Shown: piece by piece, positions 1-8,268 of the stretch
Layout of the letters: every line of letters starts with the position of its first letter
Position numbering within the stretch: the stretch's first letter is position 1
DNA from: Pseudobacteriovorax sp.
GTDB taxonomy: Bacteria; Bdellovibrionota_B; Oligoflexia; Oligoflexales; Oligoflexaceae
Reading direction: 5' to 3'
Assembly (NCBI GenBank): GCA_050293845.1
Contig: JBNKNM010000080.1
Location: 1-21,985, forward strand
Length of the DNA: 21,985 bases
The notes under the pieces: model-generated
The model's input: only the letters and a program-made list of their open reading frames with translations
The model's database searches: none
Told to the model about the DNA's origin: nothing
Translations under genes and position numbers: made by a program

Positions 1-1200
1 AATAGCAACTGTTTTCAACTCATGGGAATGATCATGGTGTATCCCACGTAATTTATTGGCAATGTGCCTAATCCGATCATCTGAAATTCTTTGTAAGCTT
101 TCGATCGTGTTGGTGATGGTAAAGGCATCTTTACTGGAAATCTGGCCAAAATAAATTTCTCTTACTTTTCTTGGTGCATAAGACAAAATACATATTAATT
201 CCTCGTGAGTAATCATATTAAGAAGATTTAATAATTCAAATTCATCTAAATCAATTAAAAATGAAAATTCTTCATCGATAGGACGATGTTGGATACGAAT
301 CTGAGCTGCGGTGATATTTCTATCAAATTTTTCTAAAAACCCCCAAAGTGTCCTTGGGTCAGTCTTACGATTCGGTTCCACATAAGCTTTACTCACAGTG
401 ACCATAATATCCTTATATTTATTTTCTGATTTGAAATCATCTAATAATTGTGGATCGAAATGATCCAGAAAAAGACATAAATCATCTATATCTTTCTCAT
501 CAAGGTAGACCTGCAAAGCTGAAATAGTTGCTTCTTTATTGTTTTGAATACGGCTTTTGATTTGATGAATTCTTCCAACAACCATGGCCATATTAACCTC
601 CGCATCGATCCTTTCATCATTTTGGATTGTATCATATGAAGTTTTTTGGATTTTTTGACGATGCCAGAACCAAGTAAAAATAAATCCGACGATGGCCAAT
701 AAAATAACAAAAAGCATCCATGGTAAAAAAGGGAGAATTGCTGTCAAAAAATTATCCAAAAAATATTTTCTTGATGTAGAGAGAACTAGTTGATCTGGTT
801 TTTCATGTAGTTTTTTCGAGCGAATAGCTATCTTGATTCCAGGAAAACGTACTCGTTGCTTTATCCTTTGTTTGATAGCATAAATTTGCTTCTTATTTAA
901 TTTTGGCTCAAAGTTAAATTCACACAGTGCAGAACGTAGATGGTGTTGCAGATGACGACTAGATACTTTATCTTCAAGTCCGGGAAGTTCGGCATTGGGT
1001 TTGGTGTCGAGGGTTTCGTAATCTAGAGCAAGACAGCCAACGGGTCGACATTCTTGGGGCGAACATTCTTCTTGTAAAACTTGAATAAATTTAGAATCAA
1101 TGTTGATGACTTCTCTACGGATAGATTCCGGTTCTTGAAATTGCTGTGCTTGCAGTAAATTACTAAACAAGAAAAGAGTTATAATAATGGTGATATACAT
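1..1200 (-). CDS. Membrane-anchored FliG-like protein (signal peptide, periplasmic domain, one TM helix, cytoplasmic FliG middle-domain-like region); C-terminus runs off the window edge
   Basis: Not in the ORF track. ATG at 1200, 2 nt after the upstream stop. I read 400 codons with no stop down to position 1. N-terminus MYITIIITLFLFSNLLQA; TM FLTAILPFLPWMLFVILLAIVGFIFTWFW (~750-664); EFSFLIDLDEFELLNLLNMITHEELICILSYAPRKVREIYFGQISSKDAFTITNTIESLQRISDDRIRHIANKLR (270-46) follows the FliG_M pattern (PFxFL...LLNFL...ILSYLP...RIS..VIR.V). Confidence 0.8.
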   Translation of the reverse strand, partial: MYITIIITLFLFSNLLQAQQFQEPESIRREVINIDSKFIQVLQEECSPQECRPVGCLALDYETLDTKPNAELPGLEDKVSSRHLQHHLRSALCEFNFEPKLNKKQIYAIKQRIKQRVRFPGIKIAIRSKKLHEKPDQLVLSTSRKYFLDNFLTAILPFLPWMLFVILLAIVGFIFTWFWHRQKIQKTSYDTIQNDERIDAEVNMAMVVGRIHQIKSRIQNNKEATISALQVYLDEKDIDDLCLFLDHFDPQLLDDFKSENKYKDIMVTVSKAYVEPNRKTDPRTLWGFLEKFDRNITAAQIRIQHRPIDEEFSFLIDLDEFELLNLLNMITHEELICILSYAPRKVREIYFGQISSKDAFTITNTIESLQRISDDRIRHIANKLRGIHHDHSHELKTVAI

Positions 1201-1202
1201 AT

Positions 1203-1820
1203 TTACTCCAGATTTTTTTCAATTTTTAAGATCTGTTTTTCGACCTTACGACTGGGCTCTACATCCTGGGCTTCATAATATGTTTTTAATGCGGCTTCTC
1301 GTTCTCCAATCTTAAGCAATAAGGACCCCTTTGTGCGTAGAGATTGAGGATGTTTAGGATAGCGCTTTAAGATTTGATTGACATATTGAAGTGCAAGTCC
1401 AAAATTGCCCTTGCGAACATGTTCTTTGATAATTTGTTGCGTGGCAATGATGCTTATAGGTTTCGAGTTTTTATTGATGGGGTAACCTTGAACAATATAT
1501 GAATTTTCTATATCCTCATCTACATCGGATGGGGGGGGTACCATAACATCTATTCCTTGATTTGGTACAGATGCGTTATGATCAAGAACTATTTGTTGTC
1601 CCGAAGAAAGGATAGGAATCAACACCTCAGTTGTAGATTTTCCATCATTATAAACCACCTTTACATTATGAGGTGATAGTAATTTTGGAAAGTCAGGTTC
1701 ATCATCTTCTTCTTGAATAATATCTAAACTTACTTCATCTTCTACAATATAGCGCCAAAACTCTCTTGATGAGTTACAAGAGAAAAGAAAAAAACTGAAA
1801 ATAATCAAGCAAAAAATCAT
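1203..1820 (-). CDS. TPR-containing lipoprotein
   Basis: Lipobox-like FLFS-C after a hydrophobic N-terminus; C-terminal TPR-like helices (GNFGLALQYVNQILKRYPKHPQSLRTKGSLLLKIGEREAALKTYYEAQDVEP). Confidence 0.75.
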   Translation of the reverse strand: MIFCLIIFSFFLFSCNSSREFWRYIVEDEVSLDIIQEEDDEPDFPKLLSPHNVKVVYNDGKSTTEVLIPILSSGQQIVLDHNASVPNQGIDVMVPPPSDVDEDIENSYIVQGYPINKNSKPISIIATQQIIKEHVRKGNFGLALQYVNQILKRYPKHPQSLRTKGSLLLKIGEREAALKTYYEAQDVEPSRKVEKQILKIEKNLE

Positions 1821-1829
1821 ACTATGTCC

Positions 1830-2768
1830 TTATAGCAGGAACGGAAGTAGAATAGGATTATAAAGAGTTACACCAAGAGAAAAATTTGCTAAGGTATCGA
1901 GCGAGACAAAAATAGCATAAGTATTACTAATTCTTAATTGAGCCATGCCTCTTATACTATAACTATTTCCATCTGTATCAACATCTATTAAAGCTGATTG
2001 AAGTGCATAAAAGAAAGTTCCTGATACTTGTAAACGTTTTATAGAAGGCATTAAGTGATGATATGTAAGACCTAGAGATGGACCCAGTTTAGGAGTATAA
2101 AGCTGTAATGATATTCCTGTGATATGCTGGTTTCGAGAACCCCACTGTTCCACAAACTCAATTTCAAAAATAGGGGCTTTCCATATCCCTAAATTAATAA
2201 ATGAGTAGTGCAATGAATCACCGTTGATACGTCTGTTTTTTTCTTGAGCGAAGTGACTCCATGGAACCTGATTGTTGAGATTAATATCTCTAGCATTGAT
2301 AAATGCATAGTACCTTATGGTACCATCCATAATATCTATGACTTTCATTTCCACCCCTTCTCGTGTTTCTTTCAGAGAGGCATATGCTTTGACCTCAATA
2401 TTGCCATATGTTTTTTTTAAGGAAGTAAGCTCACTCAAACCGATGGGACCATTATTTATTATTGAATGATTAATCTTACTCTCTAGTCGCCAAGAATTGC
2501 ATTCTTTACACAACACGATTTGCTGATTAAATATTTTCATTAATTTAGACACCGCATAAGAAGAAAAATCAGATCGCGATTTTTTCCAGAAATGCTGAGG
2601 TTCTGCGAGAAGCAATGGACTGATACTGGAAAGAAATGAGTCATCTTTTATCACTTTTGCACTCAGGTCATCGTGTAGTAAATTAAGAGCGCGTACTGAA
2701 CCTTTATTGATTCCGTAACTAAGGTTTGTGAATAATAAAACAAATATAAATGTCATGAAAGCTACCAT
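1830..2768 (-). CDS. Secreted protein, probable periplasmic domain plus small outer-membrane beta-barrel
   Basis: Signal-peptide-like N-terminus; CKEC motif; the C-terminal third has alternating amphipathic beta-strand patterns (IFEIEFVEQW, SLGLTYHH, LQVSGTFFY, YSIRGMAQL, FSLGVTLY). Start overlaps the upstream gene's stop. Confidence 0.6.
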   Translation of the reverse strand: MVAFMTFIFVLLFTNLSYGINKGSVRALNLLHDDLSAKVIKDDSFLSSISPLLLAEPQHFWKKSRSDFSSYAVSKLMKIFNQQIVLCKECNSWRLESKINHSIINNGPIGLSELTSLKKTYGNIEVKAYASLKETREGVEMKVIDIMDGTIRYYAFINARDINLNNQVPWSHFAQEKNRRINGDSLHYSFINLGIWKAPIFEIEFVEQWGSRNQHITGISLQLYTPKLGPSLGLTYHHLMPSIKRLQVSGTFFYALQSALIDVDTDGNSYSIRGMAQLRISNTYAIFVSLDTLANFSLGVTLYNPILLPFLL

Positions 2769-3877
2769 CTAACGACTACCCCCATACCAAAATTATGATA
2801 GGGAATGCCTAGAAATGATGATTGACTGATAAAGGAATTGCTCTTAAGAAGTGGAAGATTTTCAATGAAGACCATCATACCGAATCGGAATTTTATATGG
2901 CTTTCAAAACCTAACCTCCAAGCTGTTAAAGAAGTTTTTGGTTCTCCATTATAGCTAGATAAATCGATGCTTCCTAGTCCATAAATAGCGGCATTAGGCC
3001 CTCTTAATCGCAGATGATGTCCTCCAAAGAACCAATAAAAATCGGGAAGAAAAAGATGTGGTCTTTTGCGGATCATGAGTCGCGCAAGGTGACCTCCGAC
3101 GCTCCAACCTTCCATGGAATCGGCGATGCTGGTGAAGCCAATGGTAAATGCCATTCTGGTGTTTTTGTAGGGAAGTGGGACAGCTTCAAAACTCTGCTCA
3201 GCAAATATCATCGAGGGTACTGCAGAACCACTTGAATTGAATTGACGAATAATGAATCGTGTAACAACTTCCATATCGTCTCTTTGATTAAGAATTTTCA
3301 GTTGTTGCTGGCGGGCTTCGTGTTGACTAATTAAAGGGTGAGCTTGTCGCAGAATACGGCGTGAACTCATACTGGTTGTATACACCCTGGCCCATACAAT
3401 TTTTTGTGGTCCTTGCATTTCAAATATAGTGGCTCGTAGAACCAAACTCCTTGCTACTGCCTCAAAGTGTAAAGATAATCCGTAATTCGATCGATTTTCT
3501 TTTACCAAATTTTCAATGACTTGAGGCTGATCAATGCCACGACTCATAATTGTTTTTTCGGGGTTTGAGTATGCCACAAATTGTTGACAGACACTGCAAT
3601 AGTTCAAGCTGGTTTCTAATTGTGGATTTTCTTCAAGAAGTTTATATAATCGGTTTTCTACTGTAGATCTGAATCTCTCATCTAAACCAACAGGAGCACT
3701 GATCTCAGCCAATATAAGACTTGTTTTATTGGGCAATGGTGGATGTTGTGTCCAAGAATAAATCATTTCATCAACAAGGTCTGTTCCCATTAAACGGATA
3801 TTTGAGAAGATACTTATCTCATAGGAAAATGCTATGATAGAATATGTCATCGACCAGATAAGGAGAACAAACTTCAT
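2762..3877 (-). CDS. Secreted protein, periplasmic alpha/beta domain plus probable outer-membrane beta-barrel
   Basis: Signal peptide ending AFS; CSVC motif; amphipathic strands in the C-terminal half; terminal FGMGVVVRW resembles a BAM beta-signal (terminal aromatic). 4-nt overlap with the upstream gene. Confidence 0.7.
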   Translation of the reverse strand: MKFVLLIWSMTYSIIAFSYEISIFSNIRLMGTDLVDEMIYSWTQHPPLPNKTSLILAEISAPVGLDERFRSTVENRLYKLLEENPQLETSLNYCSVCQQFVAYSNPEKTIMSRGIDQPQVIENLVKENRSNYGLSLHFEAVARSLVLRATIFEMQGPQKIVWARVYTTSMSSRRILRQAHPLISQHEARQQQLKILNQRDDMEVVTRFIIRQFNSSGSAVPSMIFAEQSFEAVPLPYKNTRMAFTIGFTSIADSMEGWSVGGHLARLMIRKRPHLFLPDFYWFFGGHHLRLRGPNAAIYGLGSIDLSSYNGEPKTSLTAWRLGFESHIKFRFGMMVFIENLPLLKSNSFISQSSFLGIPYHNFGMGVVVRW

Positions 3878-4431
3878 ATTTTAGATTTTCCATGATGCGG
3901 TGAAAGTAATCTTATATCAAAGGAAAACTCTGCTGATTGAATTCTCCTTATATAGATATCGATAATCTTGGTGTTCTCTGAATTATATTGTCTGACAACT
4001 TTCCCCTCACCTAGAGCAATTGTGAGTTCAGAATTAAATACTTGTGTTACATAATGCTTGATATCTTTGCTATCAGCTAAGACTCTGACAAAATATGATG
4101 CCGAGTTCTGCTTTTCTTTAGATTTAATATGTGCGGCAACTGCGATAGCTCTCTTACGACAATGCCGGGTAATGAAGTCATAGAAACTATCACGTGTTCC
4201 ATAAGGAATGATTTCTCTTCTACATATAGCTGCTGGTTTGAGCGTATAGGTAGATGCTTTGTAATCTGGTTCTAATTCCATCTTTCTTTTTTCAGTGGCG
4301 GTGAAATTTAAACAAGAAGGCGGTTTTTCCTTAATAATATCAAACTCAAATAATGTTCGAGGCTCAAGTAAATAATCCATAGTAGGAGGAGCAACCCAAA
4401 AAAGTAATACTAATATAAACAATTGAGTCAT
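3874..4431 (-). CDS. Hypothetical exported protein
   Basis: 185-aa ORF with a hydrophobic N-terminus, coupled by 4-nt overlaps to both neighbours. No recognisable family. Confidence 0.65.
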   Translation of the reverse strand: MTQLFILVLLFWVAPPTMDYLLEPRTLFEFDIIKEKPPSCLNFTATEKRKMELEPDYKASTYTLKPAAICRREIIPYGTRDSFYDFITRHCRKRAIAVAAHIKSKEKQNSASYFVRVLADSKDIKHYVTQVFNSELTIALGEGKVVRQYNSENTKIIDIYIRRIQSAEFSFDIRLLSPHHGKSKI

Positions 4432-5078
4432 AGGCTTAGCTTTCCCTTACCAAGATGGCTTTTTACATCAAAGCTATATATGCGGTTGGTAATCTCCTGA
4501 ATAAATAATTTTGATAGATTGTGTTGCTTGTATTTTTTCTTTTTTTTATTGATTGAACGAGTTATATAAAAAACTAAGGCGGCTGGTCCAATTATTTTTC
4601 TAACATTCAATCCATAGGTATAAAACTCCTCATACCCTTTATTAGAGATATTTAATGAAACTTTAATGCTAGTATCACTAACGCATGGAAAGAAAGTAGC
4701 ACTAAATATACATAGCGAAAGAGTCCAACCCCCATAGTCGGAATCGTTAGGATATTCAATAAGTGAAACTGTAAAATCCTTATCTTCACTAGATTTAGCC
4801 AATTCATCACTCTCAGCATACTCACCAATAACTATAGCTCCTAAATTGTTAAGAGTTAAAGCGATGATCTCACACAATTTAGAAAATATAACAATTCTTT
4901 CTTGGCTTTTTTTGTGTTCACAAACAACTTCGATACGGCTACCATAGAGTGATCCTGGATTTAAATATAACTGTAACGGTTGGGTCCACCCGCCTTGATA
5001 GGGTCTTTTGTATGTTATGCATCCGCTAGAGAACCATAATATAAAAAAATATAAGTAAAAATTATTGATTATCCTCAT
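4428..5078 (-). CDS. Hypothetical lipoprotein, first gene of the minus-strand operon
   Basis: The ORF track starts at 5252, but ATG at 5078 gives a clean lipoprotein signal MRIINNFYLYFFILWFSSG-C. Internal hydrophobic segments GWTLSLCIFSATFFPC and IIGPAALVFYI. Confidence 0.65.
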   Translation of the reverse strand: MRIINNFYLYFFILWFSSGCITYKRPYQGGWTQPLQLYLNPGSLYGSRIEVVCEHKKSQERIVIFSKLCEIIALTLNNLGAIVIGEYAESDELAKSSEDKDFTVSLIEYPNDSDYGGWTLSLCIFSATFFPCVSDTSIKVSLNISNKGYEEFYTYGLNVRKIIGPAALVFYITRSINKKKKKYKQHNLSKLFIQEITNRIYSFDVKSHLGKGKLSL

Positions 5079-5339
5079 ATTTTTCGACCATGCTTTGTTA
5101 TGTTTCCATTGCTGCCTTTGACAGTCCTTTAATAGTATGAAAATTGTATCATTTCCATAGCTATCTAAATTGCCTAGTGCAAGAAACCAGGAAGTTTTTG
5201 CCCACTCTAAAAATAATAAACAGGTTAAAATAATGAGGACTAAAATATACAAGCCTGATTGAAAGATAATTGTAGCTGCATAAAGGTAAGTACTAGGTCA
5301 GTAAGAGTACGATATTTATTAACATTCATAGAGTTAAAT

Positions 5340-6068
5340 ATGATTACACCTATTTTAGGAATGGTTTCTTTGGTCATTGTTATCATGATAACTTTGTCAG
5401 AAAGGGATACCTCTACAATTAGCTTTATAGATGGTCGTGCATTTGTAGTTGTCTTTTTCGGAGTGATCGGTTCGCTTATGATTGCTATGGATCGGCGCTC
5501 TTTGATACGTATGATACTATCTATTAGAGAGCTTTTTCCAAAGTCAAGTCGATTCACAAAAGATATGAGATTGTCTCAAGAGTCATTGGAAGTCATACGC
5601 AATGCTTGGAGAGAGGATCGCAGAAATGAGATTTTACGTTTAGCTGATGAGGGTGCAACAGAGGAAATACGCGTAGCTGCTGACACCTTAATTAAACGGC
5701 AAAAGGGTGAGGTTTTAAAAGAAAAATTTGAAATTGTACGAGCCGGATACTTGCACCGTATTTTTCCAGTCATTGAGGGTTGGGAACTTGTTGCTAAGTT
5801 AGGGCCATCCTTTGGAATGGTTGGTACAGTTACGGGGATGGTACAGTTGTTCCGACATATGGATCAATATAGTTCAGACATGGGCGGGGCTATTGCTATG
5901 GCTTTGGTCACAACCCTGTATGGCTTGTTGTTAGGAGCAGCTGTCGGAGGGCCTATGGCGTCACGTGTAAACAAACAATTTAATGATCGTTTAGCTTTTT
6001 TGGAACTGTTAGAAAAAACTGTGGCATCGCTGGTGGCTGAAGCGGAGCAAAAGCGAGGTGTTTCTTGA
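5340..6068 (+). CDS. motA: MotA/PomA-family stator A subunit
   Basis: Four-TM layout from ATG 5340: TM1, FIDGRAFVVVFFGVIGSLMIA, cytoplasmic loop, GPSFGMVGTVTGMVQLF, GGAIAMALVTTLYGLLLG..GGPMA. These match MotA/PomA motifs. Confidence 0.9.
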   Translation: MITPILGMVSLVIVIMITLSERDTSTISFIDGRAFVVVFFGVIGSLMIAMDRRSLIRMILSIRELFPKSSRFTKDMRLSQESLEVIRNAWREDRRNEILRLADEGATEEIRVAADTLIKRQKGEVLKEKFEIVRAGYLHRIFPVIEGWELVAKLGPSFGMVGTVTGMVQLFRHMDQYSSDMGGAIAMALVTTLYGLLLGAAVGGPMASRVNKQFNDRLAFLELLEKTVASLVAEAEQKRGVS

Positions 6069-6694
6069 AAATCCCTTTTCGGAGTCGTACTAATAACGAA
6101 GGTTGGCTGACCAGTTATGCAGACTTAGTCACTAACTTACTCATTTTCTTTGTCATCATTATCTCAGCCTCGTCGTTACAAAAAGGTAAATTGGAAAAAA
6201 TTATTCAGTCTATCAGCCAAAATGATTCTGGCACTTCACTCATGAGCGCTGAACAACAAGTAAAATCTTCATTGTCTCAGCAAAATCTGAAGCAATCTGT
6301 GACTGTAGAATTAACTGATCAGGGACTGGAAATAATTTTTGATTCTGGTGTGATCTTTCCAAGCGGCTCTGCTGAGATTATAAGCGATATGGAAAAGCCA
6401 TTAGAAAATGTTTTGCATGCAATTCTGCCTTTCACAACAAAATATCGCATTGCCATTGAAGGTCATACGGATGAAGTTCCCGTAAAATCTGGACGATTTC
6501 GTTCAAATTGGGAGCTATCTAGTGCGCGAGCTATGAGTATTCGCGAGCGTATCGAAAAAATCGGAGTAAATCCTTCTTCCATTCGCATAGAAGCCTATGG
6601 AAAATATAAACCCTTAGAGGATGAGAAAAGAGGTGCATTAGATCGTGAAACCTGGCTGGCAAAAAATCGTCGTGTCGTTGTTCGTCTCTTTTGA
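6065..6694 (+). CDS. motB: MotB/PomB-family stator B subunit with OmpA-like peptidoglycan-binding domain
   Basis: WLTSYADLVTNLLIFFVII contains the conserved ion-binding Asp; plug-like helix; EGHTD, NWELSSARA, AYG, NRRV motifs. TTG start overlaps the motA stop. Confidence 0.92.
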   Translation: MKIPFRSRTNNEGWLTSYADLVTNLLIFFVIIISASSLQKGKLEKIIQSISQNDSGTSLMSAEQQVKSSLSQQNLKQSVTVELTDQGLEIIFDSGVIFPSGSAEIISDMEKPLENVLHAILPFTTKYRIAIEGHTDEVPVKSGRFRSNWELSSARAMSIRERIEKIGVNPSSIRIEAYGKYKPLEDEKRGALDRETWLAKNRRVVVRLF

Positions 6695-7451
6695 GGTGTT
6701 ATATCTATCAGGATGTGCAACCATATTTACTGGCGATAAAGATCGAACTGTATTTATCAACTCCAACCCGCAAGGTGCAAGAGTTACCAGTGATAAGTCT
6801 TCGTGTTTAACTCCGTGTTCTTTGTTATTTACAAAACCCTTTTCTGAAAATAAGATTCGCATCTGGAAGAAAGGTTACAAACATCAAGAAACAACCTTAA
6901 GAAGGAGTATTCACTGGAGTTGGTGGATAAATTTTGGATTATTGACCCTAGGTCTTATTCCAGCGGGAATTGATCTAATTAGCTATAATATGTGGGTGTT
7001 GAAAAATCGAAACGTTTTTGCTGATCTTGAAGTAGGAGATGATAGCAAAGTTGTGACTGATAAAGATCTTAATGATGAAGCTTTTGAAAAAGATGAAGGA
7101 GCAGAGGATACCGTAAATCACGAAGAGAATGACAACATAAACGATTTTCAAAGTAAAACCGACAGTACGGCTTTTCCAGAAACATATATCCCTACAACCA
7201 ATATTGATACTGAAAAAAAGAATAGCCAAAAAAATGATGTTGAATATCGAAATAACAGGATACGTGTCATTCAGATTTTTCCTTTTTCATATGTTGCCAG
7301 GCAGCTTGAGTATTATTTTGGAAAACTTTCTAAGTCTCGAAAGTTAAAAATCAGCAATCGTATCTATGATCAGCTTGCTAAAATGAAAATGGCAGGAGAG
7401 CGATTGGATATTGATGAAGCCATCAGGCGTTATCGCATAGAGTTACCTTAG
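6645..7451 (+). CDS. PEGA-domain lipoprotein with acidic low-complexity linker and helical C-terminal domain
   Basis: Lipobox LSG-C followed by ATIFTG...VFINSNPQGARVT...TPC...IRIWKKGYK (PEGA-like); D/E/N-rich linker. The start overlaps the motB 3' end by 50 nt and is uncertain. Confidence 0.7.
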   Translation: MKPGWQKIVVSLFVSFEVLYLSGCATIFTGDKDRTVFINSNPQGARVTSDKSSCLTPCSLLFTKPFSENKIRIWKKGYKHQETTLRRSIHWSWWINFGLLTLGLIPAGIDLISYNMWVLKNRNVFADLEVGDDSKVVTDKDLNDEAFEKDEGAEDTVNHEENDNINDFQSKTDSTAFPETYIPTTNIDTEKKNSQKNDVEYRNNRIRVIQIFPFSYVARQLEYYFGKLSKSRKLKISNRIYDQLAKMKMAGERLDIDEAIRRYRIELP

Positions 7452-7462
7452 CATCTGAAGAG

Positions 7463-8218
7463 TTAACGGCAACGGAACTGCAAGCCGAGATTCCAACCTT
7501 CACAATACAATGAGTATTTTGTTATGGGCAGAGAACCGCAACGCTGATACCTGAGTAATTCTTCATGAAGTAGCCAAAGGAAGTTATGATTTAGCGCCTC
7601 TTCATTGTTTAAAGCTATGGTAAAGGCAAAAAGAGGAGAAGGTTTCAGAAGGGCATGCTCCATGGTTCCATGGCCCAGCATTATGAGAGGATATTGTTCC
7701 ATGATTTTAATTTTCTCTTCATCGTTTCGCCCCTTGATGGTAGCTAGAACAGATTTCATTGTTTGGGCTGGAACTATCATGATGACACCGGCTTCGTCTA
7801 ACTGTGTTAGTGTGTCAACGAAGAGTGGTCTTCCCGACCCCTTATGTTGAACCATGCACTCCCCAGACACAGATATAATCTGTTTTTTAAGTAAGGGAAA
7901 CTTCAGCCAGGTAAGAATATTAAGAAAATCGTGAAGATTATAGTCTCTAGTATTAATCTCACCCTTGAGATTAATGTTCTCTAGGTATGATCTTAGGCCC
8001 TGATGTTTGGTATTTTTTCCTTGTCTTTGAAGATGGGGGTGGATTGATAGACCCATTGCCTGTAACTGGGGGTTTAGGATTTCAGCGAGGTCTATAGCTC
8101 TGGGTAATGAAGGTATATTATCGAAAAGTTGACTGTACTCTTGATACTGCCTCAATGGCGGCGAGATGAAGATATCTGAAATACTAAACATACCATTAAC
8201 AATTCTAATGTGAAACAA
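7463..8218 (-). CDS. DUF3025-like protein
   Basis: Motifs Y..NI..KGEINTRDYNLHDFLNILTWLKFP, DTLTQLDEAGVI and LGHGTMEH resemble DUF3025 as I recall it. Start uncertain. Confidence 0.7.
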   Translation of the reverse strand: MFHIRIVNGMFSISDIFISPPLRQYQEYSQLFDNIPSLPRAIDLAEILNPQLQAMGLSIHPHLQRQGKNTKHQGLRSYLENINLKGEINTRDYNLHDFLNILTWLKFPLLKKQIISVSGECMVQHKGSGRPLFVDTLTQLDEAGVIMIVPAQTMKSVLATIKGRNDEEKIKIMEQYPLIMLGHGTMEHALLKPSPLFAFTIALNNEEALNHNFLWLLHEELLRYQRCGSLPITKYSLYCEGWNLGLQFRCR

Positions 8219-8268
8219 TACTACTTGGAACTACTCCTGGTGGGAGTTATTTTATGTGGAATCAGGCG

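Noticed and set aside
486..710. 74-aa ORF in the track
   Set aside because: It is an out-of-frame shadow inside the longer 1-1200 reading frame.
5079..5557. N-terminal extensions of the 4428..5252 and 5259..6068 ORFs, and the antisense ORF 5240..5557
   Set aside because: Better starts exist at 5078 (lipoprotein signal) and 5340 (MotA TM1). The region between is the divergent intergenic region, and the antisense ORF overlaps motA.
5340..6694. Zorya anti-phage system (ZorA/ZorB)
   Set aside because: The A subunit is a compact 4-TM flagellar-type MotA without the long ZorA cytoplasmic tail, and no ZorC/D/E genes are adjacent.
5340..6694. ExbBD/TolQR or AglRQS-type motor
   Set aside because: The B subunit has a MotB-type W..YAD helix, plug and OmpA-like domain rather than an ExbD/TolR domain.
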